64,000 nucleotides of DNA from an uncultured Candidatus Saccharibacteria bacterium (GTDB taxonomy: Bacteria; Patescibacteriota; Dojkabacteria; SC72): assembly GCA_964480345.1 (NCBI GenBank), contig CAYZNW010000002.1:64524-128523 (forward strand), given 5' to 3'. A program made the position numbers and the translations under genes. How positions within the stretch are numbered: position 1 is the stretch's first letter; each line of letters starts with the position of its first letter. The notes below the pieces were generated by a model, which was given only the letters and a program-made list of their open reading frames with translations, searched no databases and was not told where the DNA came from. Shown here piece after piece: positions 26,969 to 35,639 of this stretch.

Positions 26969-28631
26969 TTGATCTCAGATCAACTCCTGTCATATTAGAT
27001 GGAATATCCATACCTAATAGACCAAGTACAGTCGGTGATACATCTGCAAGAAGTCCTGTTGTCTTTGCTTTTTCTCCGGTACCTATCTTCTTTAAAGGTA
27101 TTCCCGCTTTCCCTTCCATCTCACTCATATTCGTTAAAACTGTTAGAGGAACTGGATTGTTTGTATGGGCGATATCTATCTGTTTAGTTACTCTGTTAAT
27201 CATAGTCTCGCAGTTTCCGTGATCAGCTGTTACTACAACTGCTCCTCCTGCTTTAAGTGTAGCTTTTGCAATATCTGCACAACAGCTGTCCATAATTTCA
27301 TTACCTCTAACTGTTGCGTTAAAATTACCTGTATGAGCTAACATGTCAGGATTAGCAAAATTCAGAAGTATAAAATTCACAGGGTTGTTGTGAATATCTT
27401 CAATTCTTCTAACTGTCTCATCACGAATAATCTCTGCACTCATAGCTGGAGTTAAAGCGTAATCATCAACTCTAGGTGATGGAATATTAAAAAATATTTC
27501 ACCAGGATGAGGTTGCTCAATACCACCATTAAAGAAGTATGTAACATGCATAAATTTCTCTGTTTCGGTTAAGTGAACCTGTCTCTTACCATTAACTGAT
27601 AGATATTCAGAAAGAGATTGCTCAATCTCAAGAGGAGGAAATATTACATGTGCTGGCAGACCCTCTTCATAACCTGTCATGGTGGTAAAATATACATTTC
27701 TAGGATAGTTAACTCTTTGGAAATGTGTAAAGTTATCTACCACAAAAACTTTAGTCAACTGTCTAGCTCTGTCCTCACGGAAGTTCCAGAAGAGAACTGC
27801 ATCTTCATCTTTTACAACACCTACTGGTTTTCCATCACTTCCAACACATACTCTTGGTTTAAAAAACTGATCATACTCCTCTCTTTGATATGCCTTCTGT
27901 ATTGCATCTACTGGATCTGTAAAAGTATCGTCTGAGATTCCTACCATAGCATCGTAAGCTAACTTTGTTCTTTCCCAACGACTATCTCTATCCATTCCGT
28001 AAAACCTACCCATCATCGATGCTATTCTTCCAATGCCAAGCTCTTTAATCTTCTCCTTTAATTTACTGATATACAGATATCCCTCCATAGGACCTGTATC
28101 TCTACCGTCTAACATAATATGGATATATGGATTTACTCCATTTGCTTTACATAACTCCATTAATGAAAAAAGGTGCTTAATATGGCCGTGTACTCCTGCT
28201 GCACTAAGAACTCCAGTAAGATGTAAATCACTATTCTTGCTTTTTAATCTTTCAAACATCTCTCGAATAACTGGATTGCTGTTTAATTCATGATCGCTAA
28301 TAGCATCGTTAATTCTTGGGAGAGATTGATACACAACCTGTCCAGCTCCTAGATTCAAATGTCCTACCTCTGAATTACCTGCCTCTTCATTTGGTAATCC
28401 TACATGTGTACCTGCTGCATGAATTAAAGTAGATCTACCGAAAGTCCAAGCAGTATCAAGAAAAGGAGTTTTAGCGGCCCATACAGCATTCCCCTCTCCG
28501 TCAGGATACACTCCTAACCCATCAAGAATAATTAATGTGACAAACTTTCTGTTATCAAATACAGCATCTCCAAATTTTGATACAACAGTTGGCGAATCTT
28601 CATTCTCTTTCTTTTTCAAAAATTCAAACAT
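26961..28631 (-). CDS. gpmI: 2,3-bisphosphoglycerate-independent phosphoglycerate mutase
   Basis: iPGM hallmarks: ILDGLG, MLDGRDTGP, VVTADHGNCE; about 550 aa. Confidence 0.85.
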   Translation of the reverse strand: MFEFLKKKENEDSPTVVSKFGDAVFDNRKFVTLIILDGLGVYPDGEGNAVWAAKTPFLDTAWTFGRSTLIHAAGTHVGLPNEEAGNSEVGHLNLGAGQVVYQSLPRINDAISDHELNSNPVIREMFERLKSKNSDLHLTGVLSAAGVHGHIKHLFSLMELCKANGVNPYIHIMLDGRDTGPMEGYLYISKLKEKIKELGIGRIASMMGRFYGMDRDSRWERTKLAYDAMVGISDDTFTDPVDAIQKAYQREEYDQFFKPRVCVGSDGKPVGVVKDEDAVLFWNFREDRARQLTKVFVVDNFTHFQRVNYPRNVYFTTMTGYEEGLPAHVIFPPLEIEQSLSEYLSVNGKRQVHLTETEKFMHVTYFFNGGIEQPHPGEIFFNIPSPRVDDYALTPAMSAEIIRDETVRRIEDIHNNPVNFILLNFANPDMLAHTGNFNATVRGNEIMDSCCADIAKATLKAGGAVVVTADHGNCETMINRVTKQIDIAHTNNPVPLTVLTNMSEMEGKAGIPLKKIGTGEKAKTTGLLADVSPTVLGLLGMDIPSNMTGVDLRSII

Positions 28632-28666
28632 AAAGATGTAATTAAAATTTTACTAAGTCCAACTCA

Positions 28667-29767
28667 GTGTATAATATATTACATATGAATGATTTACGCA
28701 AAAAAGATATCGTAGATTTACAGAAAGATATTGAAAGTACTATCAAAAATTTAGATCTTGCACAGAAGCAGGAAAGATTAATACAGCTTCAAAATCAAAC
28801 ATTAGACAAAAACTTTTGGTCTAACAATGAGAAAGCTCAACAAACTATGTCTGAAATAACATATATTCAAGAAGAGATAAGTACAGCCGAAGAGTTGAAA
28901 AATGATATTGATACTCTAGTACAGATATTTAATTCAATAAAAAATGAGACAGAACAGAACTTACTAATAGAAGATTATGAATTACTAAGAAAGAAATTGG
29001 ATAAATTTGAATTAAGAAAATTTCTCTCAGGAGAATATGATAGTGCTTATGCAATACTTTCAATACACTCGGGACAAGGAGGAACAGAATCTAATGACTG
29101 GGTAGAGATGCTTTTCAGAATGTACACAATGTATTTTGACAAACAGGGATGGAGATATACTGTATCTGAAATGAGTAAAGGTAATGAAGCTGGAATATCT
29201 ACTGTAACTCTTCTAATTAATCAACCACTCGCTTTTGGAATTCTAAAGAGAGAGCACGGTACTCACAGGCTAGTACGAATATCTCCTTTTAATGCTCAAG
29301 GTTTAAGACAAACAACTTTTGCTGGAGTGGAAGTACTTCCTCAATTAAAAGAAGAAAACAATTTAGAGATACCAGAGAAAGATATTCTATTCAAAGCAGT
29401 AAAATCAGGAGGGCCAGGAGGGCAGAATGTTAACAAGACATCCTCTGCAGTTCAGATAACTCACATACCAACAAATATTACAGTTCAATCATCAAACGAG
29501 AGAAGCCAAGCTCAAAACAGAGAGAATGCTATGAACATACTTAAGGCAAAACTTTGGAGAATAAAAGAGGAACAAAGACTTACTAAAATTTCTGATATTA
29601 AAGGAGAGTACAAAATAGCCGGCTGGGGGAATCAGATTAGAAACTACATACTACATCCATATAAACTGATTAAAGATTTACGAACAGGAGTCGAATTAAG
29701 TAATCCTGAAAGTGTATTAGATGGAAATATAGATGAACTAGTTGAAGCAGAAATCAGAATGAAGTAA
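28667..29767 (+). CDS. prfB: Peptide chain release factor 2
   Basis: GGQ motif (SGGPGGQNVNKTSSAV) and the RF2-specific SPF tripeptide (RISPFNAQG). Reads through in a single frame, with no programmed frameshift. Confidence 0.9.
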   Translation: MYNILHMNDLRKKDIVDLQKDIESTIKNLDLAQKQERLIQLQNQTLDKNFWSNNEKAQQTMSEITYIQEEISTAEELKNDIDTLVQIFNSIKNETEQNLLIEDYELLRKKLDKFELRKFLSGEYDSAYAILSIHSGQGGTESNDWVEMLFRMYTMYFDKQGWRYTVSEMSKGNEAGISTVTLLINQPLAFGILKREHGTHRLVRISPFNAQGLRQTTFAGVEVLPQLKEENNLEIPEKDILFKAVKSGGPGGQNVNKTSSAVQITHIPTNITVQSSNERSQAQNRENAMNILKAKLWRIKEEQRLTKISDIKGEYKIAGWGNQIRNYILHPYKLIKDLRTGVELSNPESVLDGNIDELVEAEIRMK

Positions 29768-29806
29768 TATATACAATGTAATGTAATTAAACTGTCTTTA
29801 ACTGCC

Positions 29807-30775
29807 ATGTTACTGTTCCAAGATGTAACAAAAAAATATTCACAAGATATAACAGCACTAGATGAGGTTACTTTTAATATTGATAAAGGAGAGTTCTCTT
29901 TCTTAGTAGGACCATCAGGTGCAGGTAAAACAACCTTAATGAAACTTCTCATAAGAGAAGAAGTTCCAACTTCAGGAAGCATTTTTTTTGAAGATGTGGA
30001 GATTAATAACTTACCGAAACCTTTAATCCCTCAGTATAGGCAAAGGCTGGGAATAGTCTTTCAAGATATTAAACTTCTACAAACCAAGACATTGGAAGAG
30101 AATATCGCTTTCTCTTTAGAAATATTAGGTAAAGCCGAAAAAGAAATTAAAGAGACTACTGATTACTTACTAAATCTAGTTAAACTAGAGAACAGAAAGA
30201 CACTCTTTCCTGTGCAGCTCTCTGGAGGAGAACAGCAAAGAGGAGCTATTGCTAGAGCATTAGCAAGTAATCCTGACCTATTAGTTGCAGATGAACCTAC
30301 AGGCAACTTAGATCCAGACAATTCTTTCCAAATTCTAGATATATTAAAAAATATTAACAAAAATGGAACAACCGTAATGGTCATTAGTCACGATAAAGAG
30401 ATTGTAGATTTTATGAAAACTAGAGTCATAAGGATGGAAAATGGAAAAATAGTCTCTGACAACAAGGGTGATTACAATACAATCAAAAAACCAAAGAAAG
30501 TAAATATACATATTAAGACAGATAAAGAGGAAGAAAAGAAGAAAGAAGAAGATACAAATCAAAAGGTAGAGGAGAAAGAGATTAAGATAGAGAAAGATAT
30601 AGAAGACTTAGATAAAAAAGTGCTAAAGAAATTAAGTAAAGCAAAAATAACAAATATGGAGATGATATTGAAATTAACAGAGGATGATTTAAAAAACATA
30701 GAATTTAGCAAAGAAGATCAATCTATTTTAGAAGATTTCGTTCGAGAGTATTTAAATAAATCGAAAAACAATTAA
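29807..30775 (+). CDS. ftsE: Cell division ATP-binding protein FtsE with about 95 aa K/E-rich C-terminal extension
   Basis: Walker A GPSGAGKTT, ABC signature LSGGEQQRGAIARAL, Walker B LLVADEP. Canonical FtsE ends near residue 225; here a charged tail continues to 322. Confidence 0.9.
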   Translation: MLLFQDVTKKYSQDITALDEVTFNIDKGEFSFLVGPSGAGKTTLMKLLIREEVPTSGSIFFEDVEINNLPKPLIPQYRQRLGIVFQDIKLLQTKTLEENIAFSLEILGKAEKEIKETTDYLLNLVKLENRKTLFPVQLSGGEQQRGAIARALASNPDLLVADEPTGNLDPDNSFQILDILKNINKNGTTVMVISHDKEIVDFMKTRVIRMENGKIVSDNKGDYNTIKKPKKVNIHIKTDKEEEKKKEEDTNQKVEEKEIKIEKDIEDLDKKVLKKLSKAKITNMEMILKLTEDDLKNIEFSKEDQSILEDFVREYLNKSKNN

Positions 30776-30777
30776 TT

Positions 30778-31698
30778 ATGGCAAACAAACTTATTAACAA
30801 TGCAAAAAATAATATTAAAAGAAACAAGTGGTTATCAATATCAACTGTCTTAGTAACCTCTATTGTCATAGCCATATCATCTTTCTTCATAAGTGCAGCT
30901 ATCATTGCACAAAAAGGAGTGCAGTATTATGAGAAGAAAGCACAAGTAATAGTATTTTTCAAAAAAGACACAGAAGAATCATACATTATGCTTTTCAAAG
31001 ATAAGATATATGATTCTAATTTAATAGAGAGTATAGATTACATCTCACAAGAAGAAGCGCTAAATATATACAAAAATGATTTTGCAGAAAATCCAGACCT
31101 ACTATCTACTGTAACAGCTGATTCGTTACCACCAAGTTTAGAAATCAGAGCTAAATCAGTACAATCTTTACTTAAAGTAATTGAAAATATAAATCAGGAG
31201 AAAAAGACAAATGCAAATATAGATGAGGTGATTTACTTCAAAGATGTAGTAGAGAATCTTAAATCTCTAGCAAGAATAATCAATATTAGCTCGGTAATAT
31301 TAATAGCTTCATTAGTAATAATTACATTTTTCTTGATAAGAATAGCCATAGGATTCAATATTAACTCACATAAAGAAGAGATTAGAATCATGCACTTAGT
31401 TGGAGGTTCTGATAATTTCATAAAACTTCCATTTATATTAGAGGGACTATTCTACGGATTAATTGGAGGAGTAATAGGAGCTTCAATCCTGATAATTCCT
31501 TGGTATGTCATCATCTATTACACACAAGGAACAGATTTCGCTCTCTTCATCAACAGTTTCCTAAAAAGCTTTGGTTTAGACTTCCTACAGAGATTTAATC
31601 TTCTTTTCATTTTACTATATTATATTATTCATATAATTGTAGGAGGATTAGTTGGAATCATAAGTAGTCTTAGTGCAATTAAAAAATATTTAGAATAA
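30778..31698 (+). CDS. ftsX: Cell division permease FtsX
   Basis: N-terminal TM helix, large extracytoplasmic loop, three C-terminal TM helices; directly follows ftsE. Confidence 0.8.
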   Translation: MANKLINNAKNNIKRNKWLSISTVLVTSIVIAISSFFISAAIIAQKGVQYYEKKAQVIVFFKKDTEESYIMLFKDKIYDSNLIESIDYISQEEALNIYKNDFAENPDLLSTVTADSLPPSLEIRAKSVQSLLKVIENINQEKKTNANIDEVIYFKDVVENLKSLARIINISSVILIASLVIITFFLIRIAIGFNINSHKEEIRIMHLVGGSDNFIKLPFILEGLFYGLIGGVIGASILIIPWYVIIYYTQGTDFALFINSFLKSFGLDFLQRFNLLFILLYYIIHIIVGGLVGIISSLSAIKKYLE

Positions 31699-31700
31699 AA

Positions 31701-33014
31701 ATGAAGAAAAGGATAATAATTACAATTTTTGTTCTTCTTGTCTCTACTTTGGCCTTAGTCGTACTCGCATCTTCAAAGCAAGAGCCTGTATCAGCTCAAA
31801 CATCATGCCCACCAAATATAGATCCCAATTCATATGAATGTGTTGAGTATCTTAGAAAGCAATCCGAAATTTTAAGGAAACAGCAAGAGAGTATTCAAAG
31901 ACAATTAAAGAATGAAGAGTATCAACAGTTATCATTACAAGAGAAAATTAACTATATAAAGGATCAGATCATACAATCTGAAAAAGTCATACAATCACTA
32001 CAAGTAGAGATAGCTGCAAATGATGTAGAAATTAAACTTCTAGAGAAAGACCTTACGGAAAAAGAAGATACAATATCATTACTTAAACAAGAAATAGGGA
32101 TTTTAGAAGAAACAGTAAATGAACGAATTACAGAATCATACAAATACTCTTTCCTTGGAACTTTCGAAATATTATTAGATATTAACAATATCTCTTCTGC
32201 ATTAAGAAAAGCTAAATATTTAGCATCAACAAGAGAGAAAGATAAACAGTACTTAGAAAACTACTCAGTTAAAGTAACAGAATTAAAGGAAGAGGAGAAA
32301 GAGTTAGCTGAGAACAAGGCTAAAATTCAGATAAAGAGAAATAGTATTGAAGAAGAGAAGATTAAGCTTGCAGAGAATCAAATAGTATTAGATGGACAGA
32401 AAAAAGAAAGAGAATCTCTATTAGCACAATCTAAAGCAAAGCAGGCACAATTGTTAGCAGAAATGGTACAGAAAAAAGATCAACAGGCAGCTTTAGATGC
32501 AAAGATATTAGCCTACATTAATGCACATATGGGAGAGATGATTAAGGAGGGACCTGTACCAAGAGGTGGATTGATAGGATATCTAGATAAAGGTGTTGGA
32601 ACATGCGGATTCTCTACTGGACCTCACTTACATTTTGGAATTAGTAAATCTACCATGAGCCAAGGGTTCTACTCTAATGTTCCAATATGGAGCAATGGGT
32701 ATTTAACATGGCAGGGACCCGGTACTGCATATGACTGGGATGGTACAACTCCTCCTCAACTTGCAACCTCTGGCTCATATTTAATGCCATTAACTGGCTC
32801 GGTAGTAGTCACACAGAATGTTCACGAAAGAGATCCAAGAAACTATCACGCTGTAGACTTAGTCAGAGCAGATTACTACTCTACAGGAGGAGCAGCTGTA
32901 GTAGCAGCAGCTTCAGGTACTGTCTATAGAAGGCAGGAGTGTGGTCAAGGATATGTTGTAATAGACCACAATAACGGATATAGGACAATATACTTACACT
33001 TGAAGTTACAATAA
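31701..33014 (+). CDS. Coiled-coil M23 (LytM-type) peptidase-domain protein, EnvC/PcsB-like partner of FtsEX; M23 motifs in permuted order
   Basis: Signal peptide, then about 250 aa coiled coil. TGPHLHFG occurs first, then YHAVDL (HxxxD), then GYVVIDHNNGYRTIYLHL at the very C-terminus. In canonical M23 domains the order is HxxxD ... xYxHL ... GPHLHFE. Confidence 0.7.
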   Translation: MKKRIIITIFVLLVSTLALVVLASSKQEPVSAQTSCPPNIDPNSYECVEYLRKQSEILRKQQESIQRQLKNEEYQQLSLQEKINYIKDQIIQSEKVIQSLQVEIAANDVEIKLLEKDLTEKEDTISLLKQEIGILEETVNERITESYKYSFLGTFEILLDINNISSALRKAKYLASTREKDKQYLENYSVKVTELKEEEKELAENKAKIQIKRNSIEEEKIKLAENQIVLDGQKKERESLLAQSKAKQAQLLAEMVQKKDQQAALDAKILAYINAHMGEMIKEGPVPRGGLIGYLDKGVGTCGFSTGPHLHFGISKSTMSQGFYSNVPIWSNGYLTWQGPGTAYDWDGTTPPQLATSGSYLMPLTGSVVVTQNVHERDPRNYHAVDLVRADYYSTGGAAVVAAASGTVYRRQECGQGYVVIDHNNGYRTIYLHLKLQ

Positions 33015-33098
33015 TTCTCTTAATCATATCTATGTCCTTTATTCTTTTAGAATATTTTGCTAAACTTGTCTAACTATTAAATTTACATAAATAACTTA

Positions 33099-33941
33099 AT
33101 GAGCAAATCTAAGAAAGCTAAAAACTACCCAAAGAAGGAATCTGCTCCTAAAAAGTCTTTAAAAACTGAAGTTAAGACTGTTGAGAAGAAGATTGCTAAA
33201 AAGATAGAGGTTAAGAAACCAGATCTATCAGGATTAAAGCAGTACAATTACAAACCTGTATTAAAAATATTAGGTTTAATAATTGTAATCATAGCAACAA
33301 TTGCATTAGTAGACCTTGCAGTACAGTTCTTCAACAATTCATATAGCATCGCTGTTGTTAATAACTCTAGAATACCTAGAAATAAATGGACAAAAGAGAT
33401 AGAGAAAATCTATGGAAAAGCTATGTCAGCAAAAATGATTGATGATGAGATCATTAAGTTAGAAGCTAAGAAAGCTAATGTAGAAGTTACTGAAAAAGAT
33501 ATAGAAGATGAGTTAAATACATATAGAGAGAGGATGGGAGGAGAAGAGAAGTTACAAAGTACATTACTAGCAAATAACTTCACAGTAGAGCAATTAAAGG
33601 AACAGATAAAAACTGACTTGATGTTAAGAAAGATTTTGGAACCATCTCTTCAATATACAGAGGATGATATTAAGAACTTCTTCAATCAGTACAGTGATGT
33701 AATCTTCCCAACTGAGGCAGCAGCTTTAGAAGAGGGAGAGAAATTGGATTATGAGAAGTACAAGGAGCAAACTACTGATTGGTATAAGAGACAGTTGGTT
33801 GAGTCTAATATGAGCGATTGGTTAAATACTAAAAGAAGTGAATACAATATTAGAGATAATGCAAAGAATCAACCAAAATATGGATTCTTAACTACAACTA
33901 TTGATTTGATCAATACAGTAGTAGATAAGATTAAGAAGTAA
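33099..33941 (+). CDS. Hypothetical membrane-anchored protein, possibly SurA/PpiD N-domain-like chaperone
   Basis: Lys-rich N-terminus, one TM helix, then a helical domain with weak similarity to SurA_N-type chaperone modules. No PPIase motif. Confidence 0.35.
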   Translation: MSKSKKAKNYPKKESAPKKSLKTEVKTVEKKIAKKIEVKKPDLSGLKQYNYKPVLKILGLIIVIIATIALVDLAVQFFNNSYSIAVVNNSRIPRNKWTKEIEKIYGKAMSAKMIDDEIIKLEAKKANVEVTEKDIEDELNTYRERMGGEEKLQSTLLANNFTVEQLKEQIKTDLMLRKILEPSLQYTEDDIKNFFNQYSDVIFPTEAAALEEGEKLDYEKYKEQTTDWYKRQLVESNMSDWLNTKRSEYNIRDNAKNQPKYGFLTTTIDLINTVVDKIKK

Positions 33942-33966
33942 GTATTTCTTAATAGGTTAGCAAATG

Positions 33967-33990
33967 AAACCCCGCATATGCGGGGTTTTT
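33967..33990 (+). terminator. Rho-independent terminator (AAACCCCGCATATGCGGGGTTTTT), bidirectionally placed between convergent genes
   Basis: Perfect 8-bp GC-rich stem, 4-nt loop, T-tract on + and A-tract on the other side. Confidence 0.7.
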
Positions 33991-34010
33991 GTTTATCAAT
34001 ATAGACTTCT

Positions 34011-34595
34011 CTACTCTTGAGGTTCTACTAAACCGTAACCTCCATCTATTCGTCTGTATATCATTGTTATTTTATCTGTGCTTTTGTTCTTGAATAGATA
34101 TTGGTCGTATCCTGCCATCTCCATCCTTTCGATAGCCTCAGCTTCTTCTAGTGGCCTCATATCGTCCATTGTTTTTCTTCTTGATATCTTTGGAGTATAT
34201 GAAGTGTCTGTTGGAGAATCTTCATCATCAACTATATCGACCTCTGCTTCTGCTTCCATTATCTTCCATGGTTTCTTTCCACTCCACTGCTCTTTCATCT
34301 CACTGTATCTTGCCAATTTTCTTCCAAGGGTATCGGAAGCTAGATCTATATTGGCATACATATTCTCTCCTCTTTCCTCAACTCTTATTCTAGTCTCAGG
34401 TAAGGTAACATTCATATCAATTCTAAAATCACTACTAACTCCCTTGTTTGATTTACTCTGTTTCAAAAAAATCTCAACAAAGGTAGCATCGTCTAATAGA
34501 TTATCGTGTTTTGATATCTTCTCCTTAACATACTCTTTCAGGGCTTCTGTAGGTTCCATACCTACAAAGGATATTTTGATTTTGTCTTCTATCAT
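34011..34595 (-). CDS. hpf: Ribosome hibernation promoting factor, long form
   Basis: N-terminal YfiA/RaiA domain (MIEDKIKISFVGMEPTEALKEYVKEKISK) and C-terminal dimerisation domain (RPLEEAEAIERMEMAGYDQYLFKN...IYRRIDGGYGLVEP). Start trimmed to the ATG at comp 34595; the longer track ORF adds an implausible 41 aa. Confidence 0.85.
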   Translation of the reverse strand: MIEDKIKISFVGMEPTEALKEYVKEKISKHDNLLDDATFVEIFLKQSKSNKGVSSDFRIDMNVTLPETRIRVEERGENMYANIDLASDTLGRKLARYSEMKEQWSGKKPWKIMEAEAEVDIVDDEDSPTDTSYTPKISRRKTMDDMRPLEEAEAIERMEMAGYDQYLFKNKSTDKITMIYRRIDGGYGLVEPQE

Positions 34596-34704
34596 GTTTT
34601 TTATATTAAAGTTAGATATATTTATATGATATATTGATATTTGAATATATACAAATTGTTGCAGAAATTGGTTTAGATATATATAATGGGGCGACATCGT
34701 TGAT

Positions 34705-34775
34705 CCGCGATAGCTCAATGGTAGAGCAAACGGCTGTTAACCGTTCGGTTCCAGGTTCGAGTCCTGGTCGCGGAG
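34705..34775 (+). tRNA. tRNA-Asn (anticodon GTT)
   Basis: Acceptor TCCGCGA/TCGCGGA, anticodon stem AACGG/CCGTT with loop CTGTTAA, T-arm CCAGGTTCGAGTCCTGG. Confidence 0.85.
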
Positions 34776-34906
34776 TTGTAATCCTCTCAATATAAAACTA
34801 CAAACCCCTATGCTTAAAATACTTTTATACTACTCTATTCTAATATGTATTGCACAATCCAAAGAAACAAATAACATTTAAATAATTAAATTATTATTCT
34901 AAATGT

Positions 34907-35149
34907 ATGAGTATATTATATTGGATCATACTAGGGGTTGTAGCTGGATGGCTAGCAACCAAAATCATGAAGACATCAACAGGATTAATAGGAAATTTAG
35001 TCCTAGGTGTAGTTGGTGCTTTCATCGGAGGATTAATCATGAACCTAATCGGTAAAGTAGGAGTAACAGGATTCAATCCTTACAGCTTACTCGTAGCAAC
35101 CGTTGGTGCTGTTGTATTAATCTACATCGGCAAATTAATAAGGAAGTAA
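34907..35149 (+). CDS. GlsB/YeaQ/YmgE-family small membrane protein
   Basis: 80 aa with two to three TM helices and the glycine-zipper pattern (LGVVAGWLA...GVVGAFIGGLI) typical of this family. Confidence 0.75.
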   Translation: MSILYWIILGVVAGWLATKIMKTSTGLIGNLVLGVVGAFIGGLIMNLIGKVGVTGFNPYSLLVATVGAVVLIYIGKLIRK

Positions 35150-35157
35150 GTATTTAA

Positions 35158-35232
35158 CTGGCACCTCAGGTGGAAATCACTCTAAAAAGAGCAGATTATC
35201 ATACCCTCACAGGTGCCAGTTTTAGTTTTTTC
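35158..35232 (+). terminator. Long stem-loop (9-bp stem CTGGCACCT/AGGTGCCAG, about 44-nt loop) followed by a T-tract
   Basis: Perfect inverted repeat at 35158-35166 and 35211-35219, followed by TTTTAGTTTTTT. Lies between convergent genes. The loop is unusually long for a simple terminator. Confidence 0.35.
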
Positions 35233-35512
35233 TCATCTCTTCTCTTTTAAGTTCGTTGTAATGATCTAAAGCTGTAGTATCTTCATCAGGATTCAGCTTC
35301 AAAGCAAGCAAAAACCTTGGAAAGCTGTCCATTAAATAGGAACAATAAGAAGACTCAGAATTAAAAAATATAGTAACAACATCTGTCGCTACAACATCTT
35401 CTCTACCCACTATCTTAGAGAAAAATTCCTTCCGAAATGGTTTACACTTCTTCTTATCGTCAGGAAAAAACTGATTAAGAGCCTCATTGGCTACATCTTC
35501 AGTAACAAACAT
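35222..35512 (-). CDS. Hypothetical protein
   Basis: 96 aa ORF with no recognisable motif; retained only because it fills an otherwise empty gap with reasonable codon usage. Confidence 0.3.
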   Translation of the reverse strand: MFVTEDVANEALNQFFPDDKKKCKPFRKEFFSKIVGREDVVATDVVTIFFNSESSYCSYLMDSFPRFLLALKLNPDEDTTALDHYNELKREEMRKN

Positions 35513-35639
35513 CTACCCCTCCTTTCACACAGTATTTTGATTCGAAATGAGCTAAAACTAACACTCAAATTTTACAGTAAGAAAACAAAAAATCAATATA
35601 CAAAATACCCTTGTTCTTTGATATGATATTAAGCAGAAA

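Noticed and set aside
28667-29767. Possibility of an alternative genetic code (UGA sense) or an RF2 programmed frameshift
   Set aside because: RF2 with an intact SPF motif is encoded in a single uninterrupted frame. All recognised genes translate full-length under the standard code, so code 11 is assumed and no +1 frameshift site was needed.
34078-34629. 183-aa plus-strand ORF and 80-aa ORF at 34151-34393
   Set aside because: Both are antisense shadows of hpf; no motifs.
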